Assembly: GCF_037042905.1 (NCBI RefSeq)
Contig: NC_087250.1
Span: forward strand, 1,798,001-1,862,000
Direction of reading: 5' to 3'
From: Lytechinus pictus
Lineage: Eukaryota
Length of the DNA: 64,000 nucleotides
The notes under the pieces: model-generated
What the model saw: only the letters and a program-made list of their open reading frames with translations
Told to the model about the DNA's origin: nothing
The model's database searches: none
Program-made: the position numbers and the translations under genes
Part shown: piece after piece, positions 11,791 through 24,492 of the stretch
Layout of the letters: every line of letters starts with the position of its first letter
Position numbering within the stretch: position 1 is the first letter of the stretch

Positions 11791-14750
11791 TCACATCACA
11801 TGTTTACATATTTCTTTTTCAAACAAATATTCCAAATTAAGTTCTCGACAATCTTTTCCTGTTTTGTTTCTTATAAGTATACATTTATAAATGCACCAAA
11901 AAGCAATTGTAAGAAATGAATCGAGTTCGGTTTCTTTGTGAGCCTTAAGTAAATGCAATTCTGTTATTTGAAGGTCGACATTGTATTCAATCTTAGCTAC
12001 TGTTGTCAAATAAGAAAAGAATCTTTTATTTAGCTTACACTCAACGAAAGCATGTACAACATCTTCGTCCACGTAACAATACGGGCATCTCCCATCTGTT
12101 ACAGCATTCCATTTAAACAAATTCTTTCTTACTGGCAATAAATTATATATAACCTTAAAATTGAATTTTTTCAGTTTATTTTCTTTACAGTGACACAAAT
12201 TTCTTTTAAAAGTTTTTGTCCAATCTAATGGTGACCCTATTATCTGTTCCCAATACAGATAGCATCTGTTAATGCTCGATGAATCTAAGGATAATAGTCT
12301 ATATAATTGTTTACTTGAAATATCATGAATATTTTTAATTTGATTTTTTGTTCCTACATCTATTTTGGGAAACTCTAAAGAAGGTTTATTATTGCGGTTG
12401 GTACAATGTGTTGTAATATCATTTATCCAAATTTTAGGGATAGCCTGACGTAATAAAGTATAGTCAAATATCAATCTTTGCTTACTCTTCTGCGATTTAA
12501 GAAGGGAATAGATTTCCATTGTAGGTAAGAAACTTCCATTCCTGAGAATATCTTTCAAAAATACTATCCCAGATTTATACCATCCTTCAAAAAATAGGGT
12601 GATGTTGCGAAAGGTTACATTTTTATTGTGCCACAAAATTTCGTATTGTATACCATGTACTTTAGGGTGATATTTTAAACAAGCATTATTCTTTATCTTT
12701 AACCAGGCCTGTAATATTTCAATGTAAAAGACTGGAAGATGGTGCTTGCATATATTTTTAATATTCAAAGCATCAAAGTCTGAATTAAGGAGTAGTTTCA
12801 AACCACCTAAAATATTAAACCAATAAAGGCTGAATTTACACCACATTCCTTTACTAGACGCAAGAGTGCGCCCCAGCCATCTTAGTCGAAAGCTCAATTT
12901 TTGGGTATATAGATCAATCATGTTGACCCCTCCATTGTCCAGTTTGTTGGTCATTATAGTTCTTTTCACTTTTTCTATCTTTGTTTGCCAAATAAAAGTA
13001 TATATTAAAGAATTCAGTCTTTTTAACATTTTCTCAGGAATAATATCAACCATGAGAATATGTACTAACTGACTCAAACCTAGAGTTTTGACAATGGTTA
13101 CTCTTCCGAAAATAGTAAGCTTTCTTTTTCTCCAATTATCTAATAATCTTTGCAACTTCGTTAGTTTATTTTCCCATTTCATTTGACGTGCTTTTTCTAT
13201 ATCAGGTGAGATGTAAAACCCTAAGTATTTTGTAGGAATATCTGTCCATGATAAACCAATATCATTGAGTGACCATTTGGAGTTACTTCTCCCCACCCAC
13301 ATGATTACTGTCTTAGTTTTATTAAGTTTTGGACTTGCTACATTCCCAAATAACTCAAGTTCTTCATTTATCAATTCTAGTGATCTTTTATCTAACACAA
13401 AAAAACAGGGTATCGTCAGCATATTGTAGTATTTTAACCTCACAATTATCTTCTGGTTTCAAAACAGGTATTCCTCTTATACATTTATTATTTCTTATTT
13501 TGTTAGACATAAATTCTGCTGCGAGGACAAAAAGTAATGCTGAAAGTGGACAACCTTGTCTGATTCCCTTTTGTATTGAAAAGGACTCTGATATCCAGCC
13601 ATTTACTAATACAGAGCTTCGAATATCTGTGTACAATGTTTTTATCCATGTCTGGAAATTATTTCCAAAATTCATTTTTTCCAGACATGAGGACACAAAA
13701 TTGAGATCTATTACATCAAAAGCTTTAGAAAAGTCTGCCATCATTATAGCACCATCTAAGTATTTTCTTTTCATAAATTCAATTACATCAATTGTAAGAC
13801 GTATATTGGAGGCAGACAGGCGATGTTTTATATAACCAGTTTGTCCTTCGTTAACGATCTGTCCAATAACCGATTGCAATCGTGCGGCCAAAACTGCGGC
13901 CATTATTTTATAATCGCAATTTAAAAGCGAGATTGGCCTCCAGTTTTCTAGATTTCTATGGTCTCCTTTCTTATAAATCATTGTAATAAGACCAGCTTTC
14001 TGACTTTCAGACATTTCTCCATTTGTGAAGCATTCATTAAGAGCGCACAATAAAATATCTTTGATGTCGTCCCAAAAGGTTTGGTAAAACTCTATGGGAA
14101 TACCATCCAGACCAGGTGATTTGTTTTTATTCATAGAAAAGACAACACGTTTGCATTCGGCACTTGTTAACAATCCTTCACATTTATTTCTTCCCTCATC
14201 ACTCAGCTTTGGAACATGTACTGAGTTGATGTAATTATTCCTCTCAGTTTTATCGATATCAGATTTTCTATATAACAATGAATAAAACTTTACGACTTCC
14301 TGTAATATCTCTGTTTGGTTAGTACAATATTTATCTTTGTTTACAGATAGTAATTGGGTAATATTTTTTCTTTCTGAGTTGTATTTCTCTAAACCTAAAA
14401 AATAACTTGTGCACTTTTCACCTTTTTCTAACCACCTGACTCTTGCTCTAATAGCAGCACCTTTACACTCTCTTTCATATATTTGTTCCAATTCTTTTTT
14501 TATACAGATGTATTCTTTCTGTTCACTGAAATCAATATCAACATCAACTTTTCTTTGGAGTTCAGCGAATCTTTTTTCTAAAATAGTCTTTGTATCCTTC
14601 TTTTTGCAGGCTTTGCTTCTACAATATCTCTGTGTGAATTCACGTGCTTTAATCTTTATATTTTCCCATATATGCATAGGAGATAAATTTGTGCTTTCTA
14701 AAATACCATTAATTAATAATCTAATTCTTTCTTTTTTATTAATAATGTCA
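11791..14750 (-). pseudogene. L1/Tx1 ORF2 (reverse transcriptase), frameshifted
   Basis: ORFs 13388-14767 and 11791-13443 join as YADDTLFFVLDKRS if one base is removed from the A run near 13400. Confidence 0.9.
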
Positions 14751-14751
14751 A

Positions 14752-14815
14752 TGGCGACAATAGTCAAATATGACTAATCGCCACTCAAACAAACATAAGA
14801 AGAAGAAGAAGAAGA
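14752..14815 (+). mobile_element. Extreme 3' end of another retroposon (stem-loop plus (AAG)n tail) inserted in the L1
   Basis: TGGCGA-CAA-TAGTCA-AATA-TGACTA-A-TCGCCA hairpin followed by AAG repeats; it interrupts the ORF2 peptide EKCY/IDIINKK. Confidence 0.6.
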
Positions 14816-15339
14816 TAACATTTTTCTTTTAACACCTCTGTATTCATTTTCCAACATCCTCTTCCTTTTAAAATAGTTGATGTTGTCAATTTGAGAGAAA
14901 TAGCATTATGGTCTGCTTTAAAGCAGGGTCTTCTATCGGTTGATGTGACCTTTGCTTGCAGGTTTTTACTTATTAACTTTTACTTATTAACCAATCATCA
15001 TCATCATCATCATCATAAAAGGTCCGTCATATTACGGCTGCAATTTTTCTCCTGGAGGTGGGGACGTAATGCTTATTTGTTCACTTCTCTCGTCCAGCGC
15101 TCAAAATGATATAGATTTTGCTTCTTAAACTCACTCCCATGCGATTTTGTCCACAAAAAAACTTGACAACCAATAATTAGAACCCAATTTCAAAAAAACC
15201 TCTTGGCGATGACTCTACAAACCTGCTTCTGCTTCCCAGGGCGAACGGGATTTACTTATTACCCTTTATAATGCAATAATGCATGTTACCGTTTCAAGTC
15301 AGTATATCACTTATTTTCATCTCGCTCCTCGTTCATCGT

Positions 15340-16750
15340 TTCAAAAAGTGCTTAGAATCCAAGCTTTTGGGTCAGAATATAATTTCTTTTGGTCGCCCTT
15401 CGCGCTCGCATCAATTGCTTAGATAGATTCCCATTCCATTCCTGTTCACAAAAGCGCTTTAGAATTTTGAGGTTTGGGTCGGACTATCAATTATTCTAGG
15501 CTCGCGCTTTGCGCTCGCATAAAATGTTTAGTTAGATGGCCATTCTGTTCATTATTACCAAAATAGCCTACAATGTCAAAGTTTTAGGTCAGAATATCAA
15601 AAAAATTTCAGCTCAGGCTTCGCGCTTGCATCAATTGTTTAGATAGATACACATTCCATTCATGTTCACAACAAGTTTTTTAGAATCTCAAACATTTTCA
15701 GCTCTGGCGCTACACGCTCGCATAAAATGTGTAGATACCCATTCTGTTCACGATTACCAATAGTGCTTAGAATGTCCAAATGTTAGGTCAGAATATCAAC
15801 AATTTTCAGCTCGCGCTTAGTGCTCGCATAAAATGTTTAGTTAGATAGCCATTCTGTTCATGATTACCAAAAGTGCTTAGAATGTACACATTTTAAGTCA
15901 GAATACCAAAAAAAATTAGCTCGCGCCTTACGCTTGCATCAATTGTTTAGAGAGATACACATTCCATTCATGTTCACAACAAGTTTTTTAGAATCTCAAA
16001 AATTTTCAGCTCTGGCGCTACGCGCTCGCATAAAATGTTTAGTCAGATAGCCATTCTGTTCATGATTACCAATAGTGCTTAGAATGTCCAAATGTTAGGT
16101 CAGAATATCAACAATTTTCAGCTCGCGCTTAGTGCTCGCATAAAATGTTTAGTTAGATAGCCATTCTGTTCATGATTACCAAAAGTGCTTAGAATGTACA
16201 CATTTTAAGTCAGAATACCAAAAAAAATTTGCTCGCGCCTTACGCTTGCATCAATTGTTTAGATAGATACCTTTCCTGTTCATGGTCCAAAAAAGTGCTT
16301 TAGAATCGTGAGGTTCGGTTAGGCATATCAAAAATAATTATCTCGCGCTCGCATGAAATATTGAAACAGATAGCCATCTTGTTAATGGCAACAAAAGTGC
16401 TTAGAATGTCCAGTTTTGGCTTGGAATAACTGTTAACATTAATTTTCAGCTCGGGCTAAGCGCTCGCATAAATTGTCTAGTTAGATACCCCTTCTGTTCA
16501 TGATTACCAAAAGTGCTTACAATGTCTAGATTCTAGGTCAGAATATTAAAACTTTTCAGCTCGCGCTTCGCGCTCACATCATTTGTTTAGATAGATAGGC
16601 CTACCCATCCTGTTCATGGTCACAAAAGTGCTTTAATAGAAAGTCCAGATTTGTTTTGGAATAAGAAAAATGTTCAATTCGCTCTACGCGTTCGCATAAG
16701 ATGTTTAGTTAAATACCTATCCTGCTTGATGACCAAAAGTGCTTAGGTCA
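15340..16750. repeat. Tandem array of ~105-110 bp units derived from hAT-element internal repeats
   Basis: About 13 units carrying GCTCGCGCTTCGCGCTCGCA; its reverse complement recurs inside the hAT element at 43861-45024. Confidence 0.8.
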
Positions 16751-17732
16751 AATTGTTTTCAAATTTTTTGTTTGTACACGTTCGTAATGAATGAGAAGAG
16801 TAACATGCACTTTTGGGGGATTTAACACAACTAAATATAGGCTTTAGAGCGAAACTGATCAAACGCAATATGGGTGTTTAACTGTCAACATGTTCAAAAC
16901 TATTTTTAAAACTCAAATTAGGTAGAGAAGGCAACCTTAATTTCACTTTCAACAGACCAACGCCCTTAGACTTGAAGTCAACCACTGCTATCAGTTCTGG
17001 GTTAGAATAAGTGACATTATAACACATTCCGGTAGCTACACAGTGTCATACAGTGTGATCACAATGTGTTCACATAGTGGACTACATGTATGTGAAAATA
17101 TTATTCACACTGTTCAAATGCTAAATACAACAGTGTGAAGATTTTCACGCGGTGGACACCTCACAGGGACTGTACACAGCGTGTTCAAATGTTCGACTAT
17201 GTAGGATAGGATGACCTTTATAGTAGGGGAGGGAGGGAGAGAGAGAGGGGGGAGGGGGAAGGGGGGAGACGATGGGGGTAAATAGGAACTATTAGTACAA
17301 TTGGTTGCAAGTTTTAAGTATATGGTTTGCAGAAATTGATTTTATAATTTGTGAACTGTTTTGTGTTACAGAGTATATCAATAACATAAACATGCTAAAG
17401 TAAGGGACGTTTGCATTCTTCAATGTAATTGGTCTGCAGGGACAGGCATTCGATACGTTTACCATACTCTATAGTTATGCTCTGCATATGAAGAGTTTAG
17501 TTGCAAAAGGGGTTAGGTCCACTTTGGACCATTTCGAGATAAACCATGTTTTTTTATTCTCACTTATTGCAATATCCTTATGAGAAACTAACTTATTTTT
17601 CAACAATTATACCGTCATTTGTTTAAATGGATCTGTACCAATGTTAAAATGTGGAAAAATCATCAGGATATTACAAACGTATAATTTTACAGGATTGTTT
17701 TCCAAGTGTAACCTTTTTTTGATACTCACTGC

Positions 17733-18036
17733 CATTAGCGTACCTACGGGGGGGGGGGGGGGCAGGGGGGCACTCTGCTCCCCCCTGACGAGTCACAACC
17801 CATACAAAAGACATATGCCTGCCCCCCCTGACGAGCTTAAAAGACCTGTATTGCCCCCCCCCCCCCCTGTTGAGCTTAAAGACCTTTTTTTTTTTTTTTT
17901 TTTGCTTCTCAATTTTTTTTCTGGTACGAATACCATTATTTTTTTTTATTGAAAACTTTTTTTTTTTTTGCTTGTCAAATTTTTGGGCGCCCGATTTTGC
18001 CCCCCCCCCCTGTGGAAAATCATAGGTACGCCACTG
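17733..18036 (-). mobile_element. hAT-type MITE (CAGTGGCGTACC family)
   Basis: Termini CATTAGCGTACC / GGTACGCCACTG; 8-bp TSD CTCACTGC (17725-17732, 18037-18044). Confidence 0.9.
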
Positions 18037-19226
18037 CTCACTGCAATAACATTCTCCCCTTCCCCTCCTTGTATCTCTGTCCTCCATCTACATCTATATC
18101 TCTTGTGGACTCCATCCATCTTTTTCTCACACACCCACACTCTCTCTATACACATTCTCCCATTCCCTCTTCCTCGCATCTCTGTCCTTCATCTATATCT
18201 GTCACTCTTGTGGACTTCCTCTTCAACACACGCATAAACACACACTCACACAAACACTGTGTATCTCTCTCAAATCAATCATCTTTCTCTTCTTCATTCC
18301 CTCTCTCTCTCTCTTTCCCTCTGTATAAAATGTGATATGAATGATCATAGAGCTATCCATGGAATGACCATAAAACAGTGCACTCAACCCGCTCGCTCAG
18401 CTCACCACTCTCATTAATAGCCAATAATAGTGTCTTCATTCACATCACATTGCAGTAAATGTTGCTCGTAAAATTGATTGCTTTTATGTACATATACTAT
18501 ATTACATATACCTCAGACACAATGTTAATGTGAAGCCGATGTTATTATTTACAAATATTCACAAGTTTACAGATATCATGGAACAAAGCAAACGAGAATT
18601 AATGTGTGTCTGCATTCAGCCATAAAGAAGTGATTTAACAACAGAGTCCAATGTACAACTACGATCAGGGCCTCGTAACACACACATTTACGATCAATAT
18701 GCTCATTGTAAATATTGATTTGGATCAGTTCATTCTTATTATTCTGAACAATTATGTACATTCAACCATGATCTTGATTTGCCATTGCCACTTACGATTG
18801 ATCGCATATTTTTGTGTGAAATGGTGACCAAATTGGATTTCCCAATACGTTTCTCTTGCTCAAAGACTGTGAACAATTTCTCCCAATTATTGTTCGAAAT
18901 CAGCTTGCTCAAAATACACATTGACAAAAATGGCAAAAGACTGTGATTCAATTCAAAGCCAACCATTCACAAAGGCGATAGATTACGCGCAAACGAATCA
19001 AAGTGAGATTAAAAAAAATAAAAGAAGTTATTAAAGTTAAAATTCTCTTAAGGCCATGTAGGTTCTCCGAAAGGCTAGAAATAACTGAGAAATATATCAT
19101 TAAATGTTTGGCGGGAAAAATATTTTTCATAGTTTGTGTCTCAAATGGCCAGCTACTAAAAAACCCCGCCTCATCAATAAACTGAAATGATTTTTTTTAA
19201 TTTACGATTCATGACGATTAAATATA

Positions 19227-19404
19227 CAGTGCTGCTTCAAAGTGAGTGAATCCCACTTCACCTGGATTGTTAACCAAACAATCTTGAATGTTATATTTTG
19301 TCACCTGACCGCACAATAAAATGTTTTAAAAGATGGCAGAATTTGAACAATTTCAAATATATGTTCATTTTCTGGTGGGTTCACTATTTTTTTTAGCACT
19401 ACTG
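19227..19404. mobile_element. Tc1/mariner-like MITE
   Basis: TA-CAGTGCTGCT...AGCACTACTG-TA; absent from the paralogous site near 48295. Confidence 0.75.
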
Positions 19405-19924
19405 TACTTAATTTTATTAGAGAATATATCGCATTAAGGAATAATATTACTTACCTCATGCGCTTATCATACACATTAAGGGCTTTAAATGATACGTTGG
19501 ACATACCATTAACACATTATATAATCATTTGATATATTTTAACCACAATTATATTGATAATTCTTTCTCATAGTTGATAAGGAGATACGATATGATGATT
19601 TTAAAACAATTTTTTAAACAAGTTTTTTACCAAGTGATCTCTGCACTACGCTGAAGACGAAAGAGTGTCAAAGTTGCAAAGTTATTATTGAATGAACTGT
19701 TTTCAATTAAACTCACTGTAAAAAAACAAGCATTATGATTTCTACCAAATTGAAAGAGTATGAGGTTATGTAACATGGTTTTCATCATATCATATCACTG
19801 GACACGTACAAACTAAAACCATTGAAGAAGAATAATAATCTCACCGACAAAAAATAGCATTAATATTATTAACATAATTAAGAATGAACTAATTCAAAAT
19901 TTCTACGCGCATATTGTTCTTTAC

Positions 19925-20119
19925 CGTTCACCTATTTTTTTTTAAACAAGTGCACACCTAGTTACCAATAATGCACAAAGCATTTCCATCTATTTGAAAG
20001 CAGGATAAAAGAGAATTTTAGATTACATGCCTTGCTCACGGGCATAGGTAACGCGGCCTGGGATCGAACCCCGGACTTTCAATGTATAGCCAGGCGCCTT
20101 AGACCACTCGGCCACGACA
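19925..20119 (-). mobile_element. tRNA-derived SINE
   Basis: Minus-strand A box TGGCCGAGTGG and B box GTTCGATCCC followed by a non-tRNA body. Confidence 0.75.
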
Positions 20120-21270
20120 AGTTTATAAAATGCAATCGATAACAACATTATTTATACAGTTATCTTTTATCTTTAAATAACAGATTAAAATTCTTATACT
20201 AATCACTGTATTCTTGGCCGTCACCATTATTATNNNNNNNNNNNNNNNNNNNNNNNNNNNNNNNNNNNNNNNNNNNNNNNNNNNNNNNNNNNNNNNNNNN
20301 NNNNNNNNNNNNNNNNNNNNNNNNNNNNNNNNNNNNNNNNNNNNNNNNNNNNNNNNNNNNNNNNNNNNNNNNNNNNNNNNNNNNNNNNNNNNNNNNNNNN
20401 NNNNNNNNNNNNNNNNNNNNNNNNNNNNNNNNNNNNNNNNNNNNNNNNNNNNNNNNNNNNNNNNNNNNNNNNNNNNNNNNATGGTATCATGAATATAAAG
20501 AATAAGGTATAATATATAAACCTTATGTTCAAACAAAAATCACTTAAGTCTCATGTATAAGAGAAATACACATAATTTCCCAAATATATGTTTATATTGT
20601 GCATAAAAGATTGAACCAATTTGCAGTTTGATTTTGCTATGGAACCATCAACATCAATCAAAGACGAATTCTTATTACATAATGATAGTTTCATAACTAT
20701 AAAAAAAACCTGAACTATTTACAGTATTACATTTCAAAACAAAATATTTCTTACGCAAGGCTTACAATTCTGTATGTAAATAAGGCCAAGATGAATAAAC
20801 ATTTATTTTACATGATTCTGATATTGATCATTATTGTTAATGGTCTGATTGAAAACAAATATTCAAAAGCAAACTGTTATTTTAAAATTCACCATTTTCA
20901 GTTATACTGTACATAGTGGGTCTGCCTTTCATAAAGGTTGTTTAAAAAATGGCTGAATATATTTCGTGTAAATACAATGATTTTATCATAACTTTATCAA
21001 GTGTTAGTTCACTGGTTTCTCAGTATATGAATTATGTCAAAATATAGAATTTTTTTCTCGAATAAACATTCTATTGAAAAAAACATTGCACAACTTTTAA
21101 CCCTCTCAGTAACGTTTTTAGCAAACTCAATTGACCTACTGCACATAGAAATGACTATACAGTATATTAAGGGATCGATGTATATTGTTGAAACAGATTC
21201 TACTCATCATCTTCTCCCTCCTTTCTTTCTGTCCAATCATCTTACATTTATCTTCCTATTAGCCCCCGCG

Positions 21271-21308
<38 letters not shown>

Positions 21309-22602
21309 TCATGCCAGTCAACCATGCAACATAACATAAGCATGTGAAATATCCATGTGTCCCCCTTTAATAAGTATTGTGCATATTTATGTTACATATC
21401 TGTATTTGCAATTAGCAGTCGACTTGGCGCGCCAAGTTCCCTTAATCTTATACGTTATTTACTTTATATACACCGTTGAATTCATTAAACCTTGTATTAT
21501 ATTTCTTAGTTTATTTGATAAAAGAATGATGCTGAAAGGAAAATATATTTAAGAAAAACGCTCTTGGCCAATATTTGGGCTAAAAGTTAATATTTTTTAT
21601 ACGACGGGGTCCCTTATGTTTGCACTTAAAAGGCCAAAATTAATAAATCTACATTGAATCGTATTCCAATCAGTCTTGTTAGTGTTTTGCTCTTAGTTTG
21701 TTCGCTGATAGAAATCTAATTGCTATTAGGATGGCAAGTGAAACAGATGAGATTGAAACAGAAATGTGACACCAATGTTTAAATTAGAAGTCTGACAGGC
21801 TCATGGCATATTTTTATGGAAGTAATTTAAACCTTGTCCATAAAAAGAATGCATATTTCATTCGCTAAGTGAGGATTACCAGTCCAATTGAGAAAAAATG
21901 ATTCCAATCTGTATTGATTTATATCTCTTTGTTCAATTTTACGATAAATCTATGGATTCTTGTACATTCTTGAATTAAGTTGTTCAGCCACTGCACTCAG
22001 TAGAATCTGATCAATGTCTGCACCTTCAAATCGGAAGTGTGTTTGGTTATCTATCTTTCAAATACCAGAAAATATGGAAATATAAAATATGGCATTATGC
22101 CACTATGACTTTATTTATTTTGATTTCCTTTTATTTCTGCATTCACAACGGTATCAGAATGTCAAAATATACAAAGGTATTATATAACAAAACTGTAGTA
22201 TTAGTCGTAATATAAGTTGTGAAAATAAGTATTACAAGATGTATTATACATTTTGCAAAGCAATACTTTCTAAAGGAAATCCATCGTGGCGTGTAGGCTT
22301 GATGATGATGATGACGGCTCGTCATATTTTATGCAATATGACCTCGCCAATAATATTTTCAACCAATGATATAGAAACCTATTTCCATATGCATGATACA
22401 TGTTCTTGGATGCGGGAGTTATGGGGTTTATTTATGTTTTTTAAAGCAATGCCTATTGTTAACCGTGATGTGTAAAATGGATCAGAGTTATTAAGTCTTA
22501 TTAGGCCTCACTGCTACAGATATTTAAATTGTCCAAAGATGGTATTGTTCTGGTCAGTGTGTCTCATATTCATCATAGTGAATGATCCCGACATATCATC
22601 GT

Positions 22603-24492
22603 TTAGAATGTGAGTCGCTTTTCGAAGACAAGAATACTGTCTCCATCAAAAGCAATTATCTTGCCTGATGATGAGATCATTACACGAGATGATAAAAGGT
22701 AATATTGCCTAAGCTCCACAGTCCATTGATCAGTCAGTCTAGTTGATAGAGGGAATGACGTCACTCTTCTCTTCTTCACTTCATTCCCACTCATCACCTG
22801 ATCAATCGCACACGTCTTGTACTCATCATCTGATGTCACGACGTAGAGGTCGTCTGTTATAGGATCAACACACACATTCAAGATGACGTCACTGTGGGGG
22901 ATTTCCCTTTGACCACCCTGTCTGTCTATGATTAGTACTCTCTTATCAAGAGGGTAAGGTAGAGCGATGATGTGACCTGATGATAGCACACCTCGCAAAG
23001 CTACATTCTCTTTACATGTGATGGTATTCACGATCTTACTATCAGCTGGGTTGATGACGTATATCTTAGACTGATACCACCCAGCAGCGATGATCATCCC
23101 ATCACGGTCAACAGTTACATTCACCAATGATATATCGTTCGTTGTGAGCGTAACCCCTTCAAAACTTAACCAGGAGAAAAGACGAGTTAAGCGACCAGAA
23201 GATGACGAGATATCGTGAGATTTGTTTCTTGGTATTGTGACGTCATTAATGTGCATCCATTGTTTGTCATACACACTGATGGATCCAGTAGAAAATATCC
23301 CATAACGACTTACACGGCCTGTACCGCATACTATCTTGTCATCATTCAGTAATGCACAGGAGATAACACATGATGTACCAGTACCCGTTATCACTCTCTG
23401 GATGTGTTTAGTGTTCATATCTAACATGTATGTATGGCAATGTAAGTCGGTGATGATCACATTACATTCATCTATGCAACCCAAAATAATTGGGGATGTG
23501 AATTTATCTTTGACACTGATTGTATCACTAAGCATCCACTCGCCATCATACCCACCAATCCTACCATCATACTTCTCTCTCCCAACACTCTTCACAAACC
23601 TCACACCTGATATTCTATCAGTGATTTGTTTCACATCATTCTTATAAAGTGGTTTCTTTAGTTTATCAATCACTGACATGTTCACACTATGACCGTCTTT
23701 AACAATGTTTTTATCGTCTTCTAGTACTGTATCTATGGTCTGTATTGCATTCTCTATTGTTTTTGTGTCATCCTGCAATGATTTCATCAACTCTCTTATC
23801 TTCCCATCCTTCTCTTTAACAATGTTATCAATGTCTCTATGAAGACCAATCTTCTTACTGTCAATATGTCTTTGTCTAATCTGTGCATTTGTATGGATTA
23901 ATTCAAGTTGTTTCTCTCTCTCTTCATTGTTCTTTCGAATCTTCTCATTGATCTTCAGAATCTCTTCTTGAAGTACTTGATTCTGATCATCAAATTCTTG
24001 GTTGATTTTGTCAGCCTCCGTCGTCTCCTTGACTTTATCTGCGTTGATCGCCGCCTTGATTATCGAATTAACTTCATCTTCCAAAGCTTGTAGATGTGTG
24101 TCTGTGTCTTTCGTGCATTGGTCAATTTCATCTTCATAAAGACGACCTTCTTTCACTTTGTCCCTCGCTCTTTCTTTTAGAACTGTTAGCCTCGCCCCAC
24201 TTTCTTTTATTGCATCATTAATATCTTGTTGCTCACAAGGCTGTTGATGTTTGATCATAGCGCATGAATAACACAATGGTATACCATGAGTTCTACAATA
24301 TAATTTTACCTTTTCATCATGTTCTTCACAATAAATATTTGGAACGCCTCTTTTAAGTCTTGCGATGCATTCTTCTTTAGAGGCGCAGTCATCACATAGT
24401 CTCTTCTTCTCCTCCACGTAGTACGTCACATCTGTGATTGATTGACACTCCTTTCCTTCACATTGTTGGTCTGTGGAGAAATTAGCTGCCAT
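22603..24492 (-). CDS. RING-less B-box / coiled-coil / beta-propeller (TRIM/NHL-like) protein, ~629 aa, single coding exon
   Basis: Long intact ORF; ACCATGG start at 24492 just downstream of a splice acceptor (TTTTTTTCAG, ~24516); degenerate B-box1; B-box2 CEEH-x7-CRTH-x4-CYSC-x4-H; long charged heptad region; beta-rich C-terminus with DRDG/INP/IDRQG propeller-type motifs. Confidence 0.88.
   Translation of the reverse strand: MAANFSTDQQCEGKECQSITDVTYYVEEKKRLCDDCASKEECIARLKRGVPNIYCEEHDEKVKLYCRTHGIPLCYSCAMIKHQQPCEQQDINDAIKESGARLTVLKERARDKVKEGRLYEDEIDQCTKDTDTHLQALEDEVNSIIKAAINADKVKETTEADKINQEFDDQNQVLQEEILKINEKIRKNNEEREKQLELIHTNAQIRQRHIDSKKIGLHRDIDNIVKEKDGKIRELMKSLQDDTKTIENAIQTIDTVLEDDKNIVKDGHSVNMSVIDKLKKPLYKNDVKQITDRISGVRFVKSVGREKYDGRIGGYDGEWMLSDTISVKDKFTSPIILGCIDECNVIITDLHCHTYMLDMNTKHIQRVITGTGTSCVISCALLNDDKIVCGTGRVSRYGIFSTGSISVYDKQWMHINDVTIPRNKSHDISSSSGRLTRLFSWLSFEGVTLTTNDISLVNVTVDRDGMIIAAGWYQSKIYVINPADSKIVNTITCKENVALRGVLSSGHIIALPYPLDKRVLIIDRQGGQREIPHSDVILNVCVDPITDDLYVVTSDDEYKTCAIDQVMSGNEVKKRRVTSFPLSTRLTDQWTVELRQYYLLSSRVMISSSGKIIAFDGDSILVFEKRLTF

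Larger units (their letters stand above)
11734..14994 (-). mobile_element. 5'-truncated L1/Tx1-clade non-LTR retrotransposon
   Basis: Endonuclease C-terminal remnant (WLISK...ADHNAI...GRGCWKMN, 14820-14994); RT (KSPGLDG, NWRPISLLN, QGCPLS, YADD); C-terminal CPYC...H.FVEC; AATAAA at 11761-11766; poly(A) at 11734-11744. Confidence 0.95.

Noticed and set aside
13329-14777. Plus-strand ORFs of 168 and 122 aa (and similar ones opposite the Gypsy pol and TRIM gene)
   Set aside because: Antisense shadows of real coding frames.
20040-20119. tRNA genes (also ~49880-49956 and ~56960-57040)
   Set aside because: A/B boxes are present but there is no complete cloverleaf, and the sequence continues into SINE bodies and tails.
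20123-20536. ORFs spanning X runs (also 49306-49632)
   Set aside because: Artefacts of assembly gaps.
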